Assembly (NCBI RefSeq): GCF_001949145.1
Contig: NW_019091358.1
Coordinates: forward strand, 3,938,238-4,002,237
Length of the DNA stretch: 64,000 bases
Direction: 5' to 3'
DNA from: Acanthaster planci
Taxonomy: Eukaryota
The notes beneath the pieces were generated by a model. The model searched no databases, was not told the origin of the DNA, and worked only from the letters and a program-made list of their open reading frames with translations. The position numbers were made by a program, and so were the translations under genes. This document shows, in pieces, positions 25,971 to 39,700 of the stretch (its first letter is position 1; each line of letters opens with the position of its first letter).

Positions 25971-28900
25971 AGGGAAAAATATCCCCACTTCAAAAATCAC
26001 GAAAAATACAAGTTTCACAGGTGTTAAGGACACATATCAAATTAAAGCTCGCTTCCTCGTCGTTCATTTTCCTTTCAATTTTCAGTTAACCGATGACTTT
26101 GAAGATATTTCTCTCCAGAGAAAATCACCCGTCAAAACAGTCAGGAGGGCCATGGTCCTTTTGGAAATTGATGCCTACACTCCAAGGCAAAAAAGAGCAA
26201 TTTGGAGGGCCCCGTTCGGTCCGATACTTTCAGAAATACAAGCTGACAATCCTGCCCCTGCATTTTCATCCACCTTTTTAACAAACCACCCCGCAGTCCA
26301 CGTGCCACGAAAGGCTCTGATAGCAGAGAATTCAAATGGTGATTTGGTTTGCGCAGGCAATTTTGGACCTATTTACTGGCTTCCAACCGTCAGAACTTCG
26401 GCAAATGATGCTAGGCCGGGCAAGTGACACAAAAATTACTTACTAGGATCACAGGATCGAGACAGAAGAGAATTTCTGTTATTGCGAAAGAGTACTGCAG
26501 TCTGCAGTGAGTGTAAGTCAACTGAGTTCTGAAACGTGGGGGAGGCCTAATGATATTTTCACAAACTTGATGTGATAGATTTGCATTTTGGCGCATTTTA
26601 GTAGAAGCAGTTTATTATCGTAATTGCATTTACGGGTGACTCCCTTTATCTCCTAAGTGAGTAAAATGTCCCTGCCTTGGCTATAAATAGCCGAATCCTC
26701 GTCCAGAACGATCTTCTAAATTTTGCCCCACCCCAAAAAAGCTCTCCCAAAATTTGACCCATACTTTGAATTTGAATATCCAGGGGAAATGTCCTGGCAG
26801 CTTACTTTCTCATATAGCTGGCTTTACCATGCATGTTCACTATATTAGACCTATAATAAGTTTCCTATTTTGTGCTAAGGAAATTAAATGTTCGCATAGC
26901 CTATTGGAAATCTTGACTCAAAAACTGACGGCTGAAATGAATACTACGAACATTAACAAAAAAAGATCATTAAAAAAATAAAATGTCCAGCTCACAGCTA
27001 TGGATTCTCAGAAGTTTCTTCCCTTTACACTTTTTTTTTAAAGTGGCACTGAAAGATTTGAATGATGCTGCACTATAGCTATTTAAAATTGAGGCCGGGG
27101 CATGGACACTGGTGTAGTCTACATACATGTCCTGTTTTTGCACCAGTCTGCAGTGTATGTTTGATGCTGTTTTTGTTGTGGGAGCTGCAAATGACTGTCG
27201 CGATACAAATCAGGCGGATGTGTTTTGCCGTCATTCAGTCAAACATGCCTCGTCAAGCAGCTGACATTATTAAAGCAGTAAGATGTAATTCCCCAATAAA
27301 AGAAAATTCCCCCCCCCCCGGAACATGTGGCACAGTGGTTATCAAGTTGACCTTCAGAGCCTGATCATGACTTAATCCTTAGTGGGTCTTTGCTGGTGAA
27401 TTTCATTTTTGTCCTCCCGCCCCCTGAAAAAAAAAATCCAGGTATTTTTCAAATGTTTTAATTCAATTCCACGTTAAATTGCAGGATTAATTCACTTTCT
27501 TTACGTGATCAGCGGCTCTATAGGATTTTTGGAGGGAAAAAGTCCAAAACTATCTTAGGACAAATTGTTAGTGCTGTATAAACAGTAACAATCAGTGCAC
27601 ATATTCAGTAGCTGCACTGCCAAAAAAGCAAAAGCATATTGGTACCCAGGTTCATTGTTAAATATCCATTTATCCAATCATCTGTAATTTTTACATATAT
27701 GTTTGTAAACTGTATTCTGTAACTCGGAACGGCCAGTTCTCGTAAATTCTTACATTATCTGAAATACCCACCTGGTTGGTGGCAATGCATTGGTTGTGCC
27801 TGTTTCTTACGTGCAGTATATTACATTATTTTTGTTTATTGGAAGACCCAGACTAAGATTTCTTGGACTTAGACCCGGACTCACACGTTCACTCGAGCCA
27901 CAAGGTCTTGGACTCAGAAGTGGTAGAGCTGACTACAACATTACTATATAAACAATCACAATTACAATTTAAAGTAAAAAAAAAAAGTCCTGACTTAAAT
28001 ATTCCATTTACAGAGGCGCCGCGAGGGGGGACCCTGAAAAGAACGGTGGAAAAAAAAGAAAACAGCCAAAGAAATGAAAATTTGAAATGAATTGAAACAT
28101 AATTATTTGCTTAAGAAAGAAAAATCGAACCTCTTCCAGCAGTTAAATGTTTTTGTTTAAACTGGACGGTTTGCCCCAACCCACCCACCCCCCCCAACAA
28201 AAAAAATTCTTGTGACGCCCATGCATATTTTTAGCCAACGTGTTGCCATTTTGGACCAAACCTCGATGTTGATATCATTCTGACGTTAAATCTGCTATGA
28301 TTTAGGAGATTTCAACAGGCAAAAAAAATGAAGTGAAGGTGAAAGCATCAACTAGATTGAAATCGCCAAGCTCTTTGACCTCACATCCGTGCGTTCACTT
28401 GTCAAACCACCCATACAGCGCAGAGCGCTGGGAAGGGCAAATACATAACATATTTTTGTCGAGAACTTATTGGATGGAGTCTATATTACATGTAACTTCT
28501 GAACACGGGTCGATACTTCTGGCTCGGTGTGCACGACACGTGTGCATTTATACTATATTGGGGATGTGATATTGGTCTTTAGCAACATAATCCTGGTTGC
28601 TATTTCTGACTCGGATGTGATTTTAGTGGTGTTGATGTGATTTTGGATAATCCCTACCAAAATCACATTCAGGCGAGTCGCCTTTCCATTTTTGTCAGTT
28701 TGTATAAAGAAAGCACATCCAGGCCGTTCACAGTGTTAAAACTTCTATTGCGCCCTGTCCGCCAAAACTAGACCTAGTACGCCGTGTTCCAAGAACATTT
28801 TAGCCGTTATTTGCTACAACATGAAAGTGAAATGTATATTTCTTGCTTCTACATTTAATACATCTAACTCACCTGCACCATGAACCTCCAGAAACCATGA

Positions 28901-30706
28901 AAACACGCCCGGCAGCACGCAGTTTGAAGATAGTTGTCCACGTGCAAGGAGCGGAATTTTAACAAACAACCTAAGGCCAGTCCACACGACCACCTGTTAG
29001 CGCGCGTAAATTCAAATGTCATCATTCTGCGCGTTGTGCTGCGAACGAGCGCATGGACCTGAACGTAAAAATCCACATCTGATAGATGACAGATGTGGCT
29101 CTTGGACGGAGAATGCAAAGAAACAGCTACGAGAGAACGTTTTGCATAACAAGCTCACTATGTGCGCACTACCGAGGTTTTGTTGGTAGAGGCAACGTTA
29201 TGCAAATTTGCCACTTATTTTCCTCGCTGCCAGATGCGAACTTTATTTTTTCACAATAGTCTGGGAAGACACTTTGTACATTCCGATGGAAATTTTATTG
29301 CTTGCCTTGAGAGGAGACTAGTCTACACATCTGTTGTTAATTAGCTTCCCCAGTTAAAATTCGTACTCTAACTTCTTTTAAAAGATACATATACCAGAGC
29401 CGTGAATTTGAAAAAACGGAAATCTACAACGAAAGTAGGTTCCGGCTAAAAAGGGAATTACAAACCAAGTGCTTTTGAACAGAAAACAATTTTACACTGG
29501 GGTTTTAGCTTACAGCATGGGTGTTGCGGAAGAAAAGTCGCCCAGCGGACCTGCAATTTACACGTGTAGGGAATTGCTACATCCGGGGAATCAAACTAGT
29601 TAATTCATCCACGGCCACCCACTGTGATAATGGGCAAATTTGGCAAAGATAAGGGGACAGAGAAAAGGATGGTGTGTGGGGGGGGTTAACTATGTTTTGT
29701 TGCTACTTTTTACAGGAGGAAATAATGCAGAATAGTCAAAAGATTCAACAATGTCCCGTAATGAATACGCCCAAAACCTCTTCTTTTAATTGACAAATTA
29801 ACATTTAACTTTTAACTGTGTTTCAAAGAATAGAAACAGTATAACAGCAAGAGTAATGGCTATGCTTTAAACTTAGGTTTAAAAATGAGACACGTCTTGT
29901 TTTTAGCTATCACTACTGACGGTATTATTGCAAGGCTGTTAACATAAATCTTTCCTAGCTTAACACGATAACAAAAGTGAAAATGGCATCACAAATTGCT
30001 TAAGTGGATAATATCCATTTGATGTGTTTGTTCTCAATTTTTAACTTGTATGACTGATTAATGTTTAACGTTTGTCTTCATGTAAAACTTTGTCTTGAAA
30101 AGAAAAATTTAAACTTTAAGGAAATAATGATGTATGATAAATAAATGATGGTTTTAAACTTAATGATTCACATTTCCTGAATAAAGACTTTTAACAATTT
30201 ATTTCAAGTAAAACATTCACAATTGACATAAAAAGGGGCAAAAATCACCAACCTGTTTGCGCCAAGTGTTGCATGACCTATTCCCATAAACTTCTTTCCT
30301 AAGATTTAATTTACAGTTCTTCCGTAGGCAAATCCCTGTTTGCATTAAATAAATGCTCAATGAATATCTTCTTATGACTAAGTTGGTTAAACTGAAGGCC
30401 TAGTGAAGCTCTTATGGTTAGTAGCTTTGCATTCAACTTGCAAGACTTTACCAGGTGAAATCCGATTCCAAAAGGAAAGTCCTGTCGTAAGACCATATTC
30501 TCAAAACTTGCGAGTGGTTGATGAGGGGCTGCTTCTTGATCACAATGTAATGCACACCTCAAGAATACACATTCTTAAAACACTATTGCTAGAAAATGTG
30601 GTAATTAAAAAAAAAGAATAAAGGGCCCATTGTTTTTGTATATCCTACAAACAAAAAGCAAAGCAATAATCCTAGGCACTCATGCATCAGGGTATGTTCT
30701 GTCTGT

Positions 30707-33700
30707 TCACTTTTTCTTCTCTTGTAATCTTTGTATTTCGGCCTTCAATGAGGACACTTTGGAACGTTCCTGTTCTAAGGCTGCATGGAGCTCTGCTACC
30801 TGAAAACATTGAAAAAGAAGTTAAGTCAGGCAACTAATCTAAAGTCACTCACGTAACACACAAGGCAAAAGTTCAGCTAACTGATTTTGAGGCATCCATT
30901 TCCTCTAAGCCGATTCAAACACTGAGTCATGCTGTTATAAATGTACTGTTACGTTTACCATCATACCTCTGCCGTGAGTTCATCTTTGACTGCTGAAAGT
31001 TCATCGACCTGCTTCAGTACCTCAGCTTTGTCTTTCACTAATGAATACAAACCAGACAAACTGACAGTAACATTTACCAGCTTCTCAACTTTTCCTGAAA
31101 AACAGTCATTTTTGCATTTCAGTGTGTGTTAATGGTTCATACTAAAGTGATTCTAAAAGCTTTACACTAAAACAAAGACCGCTATGGGATGGAGAAAGCA
31201 AACACTCGTATGGGATGGGAAAACAATGAAACTATAGAATTATACCCATCAAATAACATTTTTTTTTCATAAATGGAAGACAACAAAACTGTTGCAAACT
31301 GCTTGCTTACTACAATGACCTAAAATATACAAATCTAAAAGTCAGGGCCAGACATCTCGACCAAAATCAATCTTCTGCAATTGGAAAAGATTCTGCTAGG
31401 GTTGAACACGTCAGATCACTTTTCGACTCGTTATTTTTTATTTCACAGGGATAAAGGCATACTCACTTTCTCCCTGGGCTAACATGAAGCAGAGCTGTTT
31501 ATTTCTCTTCTTGACTTGGGTGAGTTCCTCCTGAATTCAAAGGAAAAGGAAATCGGGGATGAAAAAGAAGCAGAATGTATCGAAATATTACTCTGCGCCA
31601 TCTTGTTGTTTTGTTTCGTGGAAATACAGATTTTCATACATTCTGTCCTTTGATCACAAATAAGAAACGTATGTCCGCACTAGGAAGGTAGTGTAAACGA
31701 GGCACAGGGGGCCTGTGAGTGTATTGTTATCCAGAGCCCTAAGCTGGTGTACACTTTCTGCAGAGTTCTAGCTGCCAGTCACAAGCCAGCTGGTGAGTAT
31801 TTACAAACTTTGGTCCAAAGCGGTGGGAACACTGTATTTAGTAATGAACAATCTCTGCAAAAAATGTACGTCTTGCTCAGAACTTTGGTTACCGTTTGAC
31901 ACTTGCCAGTGGGAACTCTGCTTGCATGTTTTTCTAACCCTATCAAAGCGAGACTATCCAATATGCTCAGTCAGCATTGTGTCGAGGGCCAACAAAAATT
32001 CTAGGGCTTACGAAAAGTGTGCGTGCCTGTAAACTTGCCTTGGGTGCACCCTAATATGTAAACATAACATTCAGGCAGAAGCATGACAAATTTCTCTCAT
32101 TTCCAGTTTGGCAAAAGCTTTCACACAGATTGTTCAGAACTTTCTGGTTCTCGGCTTATTCCGCCATAGCATCAACATGAAATGCTGGGCTGCAGCATTA
32201 AGTACCCAGGATGAAGTGGGGACAATGGAACACCGGTGCCATGGGCCCATGAAACCCTTAATCTAGCCAAGAATCCTACTCTAAACCAAGCTGAAGTGTG
32301 TCCGCATCTGTATATCCTGTCATTCCAGGGGCTGGTTCAACAATGCGATACATGCGCCAATACTCGCATACCATGTTTACCTTAATTGTTGATGGCAGTA
32401 TTTTTATGCATGGCAATGTGCTTCTCAATGCGACTCTGATCGTTACACACACCTTCATTTTCTCCATGGCACTTTTCATTTCTTCTATTTCTTGGTCCCT
32501 CTTTTCCAGGTTGTCTTCAAATTGTATCCGCCTCACGTTCTCAGCAGCCAATTTCTGCTCACACAATGGAAAAAAAAAACAAAGGAAAGGGAAGAGAGAT
32601 GTATTAAAAGATGTCATCTAGAGGAAGAAATGGGCAAAATAATGTCCAAGCTACGGTGCTCCTTCAAAACAGATAAGAATACCTTTTGGTAACTTTCAGC
32701 CCTAATTAAAACAAAAAAATTGTAAAAATGATGACAGTTTAACTGTATGCTGCCAGGTTTAATTTGAAGCTGCATGACGTATACCGTGGGGGGGGGGGAG
32801 ATTTTAAAGATTTTCCATATTCAAAATTCTTCAATTCATGACTTTTTTTACTGGACGTTTACACCCACACGAATGACTGTCTGGTGGCTACGCTAATGGT
32901 GGCTACTCTAATTTGCTACCTTGTAAAAAGAGCCCGGATTGTGTGGTGTTATGTAATTTTCTTTTGTTCCCAAAACTGACACAGTGTGCTGCTGGCGTAT
33001 TTTCAATAGGGGCCAGATTAGCGTGCAGCGGTATTGTATCGCTCATCACTGGAGCACTTTTGTCCCCAGTGGTCATCCGCTCGGGCTGAATGCCACAAAC
33101 AGTGGTATAATCATTCAAAACAATGACAGATTTCCTCTGCTATTGACTGCTCGGTCTTTTGTTCCAAGTACAGTCTTTTGTTACAAGGCCCAATTCCCTT
33201 TGTCCAATTTCGGCCACCCCGGCTATGCATATAAAGCCAACGTCACCCAAACTAGGCTCCCCGGCAGCAAATGGTTAAATATCTTACACATATAAAATGA
33301 AAAGTAAGGTCTAATCTCCCACCTGATTTTTCTTTCGCAGGGTTTCCCGCTCTTCTTTTGTAATTATCTCAGCTGTATCTTTTTCCACTCTTTTGAAGAA
33401 CTGTGGATCTGGTTCTGGTTTCTGGATTCAGTGAAAAAAAAAAAAGTGAGGGGCAAATCAGAAAAGCATTTTCTTATTCCCACAGAGGAGTAGTTGGGAC
33501 TAACTCTCTGAATAAAACTGCCAACCCAACTACCCTCCTGTCATACCCACATTTATATGCTTCAACCCTAACGATGCTGAACCGAACATTATCCAAAAGT
33601 GGGTTCTTTCTGTGGAAGTTTGTTGTGAGCAGTGAGCAAAAGATTCTACCTGTTGGATTCTGTCGGCTTTCAACATATTTCACAATTTTTTGCTGTAGTT

Positions 33701-36700
33701 TTCTGTTGAATTCAGCAGGGTGCATTAAAAAAATGAATGTTTTGGTTAATTCCATTTCAGAATTAGGATCAACCCCATCTGAAGTCAAATCAAAGTGGAT
33801 CCACATTCAACAGCATACTGCCGTCAGCGTACTTGATTTGAATCGCTGACTCAAACTCAAGTCAGACTTCAGTGGCAATTTTATTGACTTGAGACTTGAC
33901 TTGGGAAAAAGTGACTTGCGACTTGACTAGAACAAATTTTACTCGTTGACTTTGCTAAGTTTTGTTGAGATCAACACAAGAAGAAGTAGGTGCGCAAAAT
34001 GAAAATGCCTACTTTCATTATACAAATGTTTTATCATTTAAAGTGTGAGCACACTATGATGAAAACAATTAGGCAGACTGGTAAGATCTGTATTGCAAAA
34101 CGTTAGTCATACTGTCAGTGAAGAATGTCTTAAAACTGTATGAGTACCATGCCAACTATGGAATCAGATAGGCTTGAAAAAAAAATTGCTTGTGGACAAG
34201 TTAAGCCTGTTTTCCACATCGATGTAAAGAGACGCAGAGAGCATCGCTGATCAGTTTCCGTTGATACCCAATCATATGGAAACACTTTACTGCAACTGAT
34301 GCAAACAGGGATGGCGACAGTTGGCAAAGTTCAACTTTGCCGACCATCTGCATTGATTCGCCAGAGTAGGCCTGTACAAACACGCACTCTGGCATGAACA
34401 GCGTACAACGATGTCTCTCTCACTTAGTGCCACTCATTTTGCCCATTTTCTCCTTATTCTGAGATCTGCAGCCCCAATTGTCCACAGCATAGCTGACCAT
34501 AAACAAAAATGCATCAAACTGGAGTATCAGTTTGTCTGCGCCTTGATGTCTAGTGTGCCATCAGTGTTCGGTACAACCGACTGGAAACCAGTGGTGTGTT
34601 GACTGTTACATGTTGACTGTTACAACTCTAAGTACTATCTACTCCTTATGATACAAAGGTGACTGTACAAGGAGCACAGCTGGAGTGACCAAGAAAAGTG
34701 TTTGTCAACTAAAATAATTCTGTTAGCTCTGAAAGTACGTCTTAATGCTTAGCCACCGTTGACTGCACCTTGGGTATTTGTATCTCGTCCAACCCTCCGT
34801 TGCTGCTCAACTGCGTAGCCTGGAAGTCCTGCAGGGACATTGGGTGTGGTTTGTCCTTGCCTTGTGAATGCTTCCGCCGCTCCTTCCTGCTCACTCCAAG
34901 TGGTGAACTTGGGACATCTTCTGTGACCGCCTCGCCGACTTCTTGTATGAACTTTGCACAGAGGTCAGCAGAAAATACAAGGGGTTTGTTTGTAAAAAGA
35001 ACGGTTGGAAGAGAGCATGGGATGTCTTTGATTCTCATCTGCAGAGGTAAAGGGTGCATTTGAGAGACCAGGGAGGGCACTGTTACTCATGGGTATTACC
35101 ACAACTTTTCCCAGTGGGAGCTAAAGTTGGGCAGAAAATAGTCACCTGTGGAAGGGGGTGCTCCATTGCCAACCCCCTCCCCATTTCTATGTCCACCTAA
35201 TGACATTTCTCTGTCCCCATAACGTATTCAGTCCCTACAAAGTAGGTGAAACATTGTTTGTCTCTACAACTACAGACCGAATAGGTGTGTTCTTCCTATA
35301 CATTCTGATATGATGAAGGTTACCTGCCTTTCTTCTTCCCACTTTCATCACTTTCGCAATACATGACCTAAACACATTTTTGGAAGTAATATGTTTTTCA
35401 TGTTGGTGACGGTCCCCAGACTTGTCCTACACTCTCAAAGAGATTTTACTGGCCAGTGTCAGTGTTGCTTTGTCTTGTTTCTGTACTCTAGTGACTAGCA
35501 AGCATATTGGTAACACCTCTTTGTGGAATTTTTAGTACTAAGGAAGAAGGTCGAATTTGGAATTTGCTATCTATTCAACAGTGCTTGTAAAATATACCAT
35601 GACAGGAAAAAACCAAAGCCATGCCGGATGTGGCCTTAAATCACACGCGACTCAACAGAGATAGGCAAATTTACATGCCAAGCGAAGGTCAGTGGGGAAC
35701 CAGTGAAAAGAAAAATTGTAGAGTAGAGAAGTATGATGTTTTGGCTGGTTCCCATTTTCACTAATAATTTATATTACCTTGCAGAGCTTACCAGCAAAAT
35801 CTGTTCTGAGGGGGAGCAACAGATGACAGGTTTTAAGATGGAAACAATGTCTGTTGGTGAGAACTCTCTACGTGAGTGCGCAGGTTTACGCACATTGGGC
35901 ATGCTAAGTATGCACAACCAATTTATAATGGAATGCATGGTCTGCACGTGCACAAGCTCAGGTGATAAACTCCTACCAGCCTGTCTCTTTTTTGTCAGTG
36001 AGGGTGCACTGCAACTCAGGGCAGATTGGACCCTGGTGCTTTGCGTGAAATTTGGCCAAAGAAGTGGTCACACTAAACGTTCATATACATGTACATGTAC
36101 TAGCATGATCAATTTCATTCTGCCAATATCAGCCTATTTGACACTGACCAAGGTCACATGAGAACATCCTCTCCTAGTTTAAATGCCGTAAGCACAAAAT
36201 CAGAGTAAAAATGGCAACTGGATTTCACTCGTGGGACTTCTGACTTTACTTTTTTCCCCAGATATTGTGTACAACCACATCTCCTCTGGGCCAAATACCC
36301 AAAGAGGTCTGAAACTGACTGAGCGCTGTCTATAATTTGATGCTCTGCTGGTAGGAAACAATATGATATGACCAGGCAGACCTGCACTGGCCAACAGCTC
36401 AAAACCAGAGGGTAATTTATTTTCTTTTTACCTGTTGCAGCCGTTCATACTCTATCTTGCTTGCCAAGATGGCCTTCTGTAGATCATCTTCAAACTGGTC
36501 TTTAACAACCTACATGTACAAGAAAAAGCAAAACTGAGAAAAATTACATGCAGTCTCTTCTTAATTGCAACATTTTGCAAGCTGCTGGCTCCCCCCCCCA
36601 CTTTTAAGTTGTGCACTGGCCCCTTTTTTGATGAAGGGAACATTTATATTCAATATTATATCTTATATTCAGCAATATCTTATGTTAAGCTTCAAACTAT

Positions 36701-39700
36701 GTACAATCATTCTGGAAGCCATGGTGTATTTCAGTAACCTACTTCTCAAATGTATGTTCAATCTGACTAGACTGGGACCTTCAGAGATGAACACAGGAAA
36801 AAGGCCAACCACAAGCAACAAACCTCATCAAATTCTGTGAAATTTTCATTAGGAAGGCAAGTACATAATTCAGAATTTTTCCAGTCAAGCATGGGGTATT
36901 TCTCTATAACATCATACAAATACAGGGCTGACAAGCTTGGAAAGCAGAACTGGACCAACACGTGTCCAACTTTAAGCAAAAAAGAACCTTTAATAGTCTG
37001 TGTCATAACTACCGTATTTTTTGGAGTATAAGCTGCAGCTTATATGTTAATTCTGACACTGAAAAAAGTGGATTATATGGCAAACTTTGAAGGATAAAAT
37101 CAGTTACAAAAGTCGCAACTGGGCCACACATACCACATGCAGGTGGTGCAGTTATGTTTTCATTGGTTGCTGTTTACATCTGAAAACTCCAACCTCAGAG
37201 AATAAATAAACATTTGAGTTGTCCGGATTTCAAGTTATTAACGGAATTCCCCAAGTCATGGAGTCACAAAACACATACGTACATGAAATGTGTATGTAAT
37301 CTTAAACTTTAATTGCTCTGCTGTGGCAACAGTTCTCATAGTGTGTTTATTGCAGACAAACAGTCATTTTACTAAGATTTCTTTTTGTTGTAACCTAAAG
37401 ATTTCTTTGTACCGTTAAATAAAAATCAACTGCTTCAACGGTACATGTACATGAATACTTTTGTGTGGCAGATCTTTTCATCTTTTTGTAGCAGCAGTCC
37501 TTTGGTAGGAACTCCCTTTGTGCATGCACTGGTTGTGCATGTTTGGCACATGACTAATTTCTATTTGAACGTACAGTCTTCACATGCGAGCCAAGTGCAT
37601 ACACCTGCCTGATTGAAGTATGAAAAACCTCCCATCAAGCTACACATACAGCAAAATGTAGCTTCCTCTTCTTTGCCATCAAGGCTGCACTTTATTTCAG
37701 GAGGGATACACATCAGACTTACCCCCCTATCTTTCCTCTTCCACTCCTCCCACTGGACGGAACTTCTAATGAGATGCTGTAAGGGGCTGGACTGGGCAGG
37801 CTGACTGGCTGGGGTGACCTCTGGAAGGACCAGTCCAGGGGGTAATCGGGCTGGGGGACTGGTAGGTGGACTCCCTACTACAGCCCCCTTGGGAACTGAA
37901 GGGTTGAAGGCGATGTCTCGTAGCTGTGGGTACGGTAACAACCAACTAGACTCATGCATGTATTCAGGACTAAACTAATGTGATCAAAACTCGTCACAAT
38001 TTGCATTGATTCTCCCCAAGAAAAAGTGCGGGAAGGGGATTCAATAGCTCCAAGTCAAAAAGGATAGAGGGATATGTAGGGCCCACTTTCCAGTAGAGGC
38101 AAAATGATTTTCAAAAAGGGCGGGGGGCAGCAAATGTGAAACCATTAGGCATGAGCCATTAAATTATGTATCCATAAAGCTCCACCCTGTAATAATAGGA
38201 CCTGTCGAAAGCGTGTGGGGGAGGGGGGACAAGTCCACCCAGTTGCAGTCTTGGTCAAGGCAATTGTCATCAGCCTTCTGTATGAGAACTGACCGCAATG
38301 TCTCGCATTATCCACTGTTAACAAGCTATCCACAGCGGCCCAGCATGTGCACACACAAATGTGTGCAGTACATGCACGTGTATGACGTTGCAGAGACTGT
38401 GTGCAGTGGGGAAATACAGACAAAGAGTGACCTCATCATGCGGCCACCACGATATTCAGATTAGCTGAACCTGGTCCAGATTCAGCTGATTTGGATATCA
38501 CGCTGGCCGCGTAAGGTTGCTGCTCGCCTTGATGTTTCAAATGCACACATACACGACTGCTGCCGTCAACTACTTGTATCCTCAACCCTCCTATTTCTGT
38601 GCACCTAAGGCTTTGAGACGAGATTTCCAGAAAAAATGCAATTGAAATTTTTAGAGGTAACTATATTTTACAACTGCCATTGAAGTGATTCGCACAAAAA
38701 ATTACTTCTTTTTGTGCCCAGAAGTAGGCAGTTTTTAGTGGGTTTGACCACGTGTGTGTGTAAGAATTCCTGCCTAAATCTTCGCAGATAGTGGTCTTTG
38801 AAATCTACAGTTTTGAAACCGGTGGGATCATAATCATCCGAAAATTGTGCACATGGATTTTAGCGAGTTTACCTGAAGATCTATAGTATAAGAATAAAAC
38901 CATATAATTTGTAAGCTACATAATTACATATAGTAGAATTTTGGGAGGAAATTTAACAAATGGCACAAATTTCGTACGCTCCGCCGAAAAGTGATTGCCG
39001 CGATTGCACAATGCAAATTGCATGCCATGTGTTACAAAGTGATTTTTAGTGGCATTTTGTAACACAGTGTGCTTTTAATAGGCAACATCAGTTGCAAATC
39101 GTATCCAAAACTACATTTCAAGTAACATTTGAAGTGTTATGCTCAATGTATACTCGTTATGTACAAAGAAATAGCCCACTGCAAAGCAGATGAAGATGGA
39201 CTTTTCTGGCTTTCCTTTTTTGACCCGATAATGGGATGGATTCCTTGCTCATTGTCATAAGGTTTTTGGAGGGGGTGAATGGCATACTAGTTTAATAGAG
39301 GGCCTGCGTGGAGTGCCCTCACAGATGACAAGTTTATTATTTAGATTTAATGACAAAGAATGCACAAAAGTTTTACTCAAGCCTGTCCTAGAGGAAGACA
39401 GAAATGCCCTCTAACATGATGTCATACTAAGGGGGTCTATTAATATTAATCATATTACAGTCAATTACTGAAAAATAACCGGTGGTTTCACAGGTAATAA
39501 CAATCATATTGACAAGAACTTTGTTTTCATTGCTCACATACCGGTAAGTTGATCTTTCATTGGTGGATGGCCATGTTCTTGTAGTAAGATGGATGATAAT
39601 TAATTAATAATGATTAATTAGTGCCCAAATTTTTCTTTTCTTTTTATCATCAGTGTTGAATGATACTTTCAAGTTTGTTTGTTGAAAGTCCCCAAGAAGT

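Noticed and set aside
33403..33849. Overlapping 148-aa and 110-aa ORFs
   Set aside because: Intronic to GKAP1, with no recognisable domain and no coding-like composition.
35323..36348. Three exon-like segments in GKAP1 intron 3 (~36348-36250, ~35804-35777, ~35366-35323)
   Set aside because: They introduce stops or frameshifts in the required phase, and exons 3 and 4 join cleanly without them. Poison exons cannot be excluded but have no support here.
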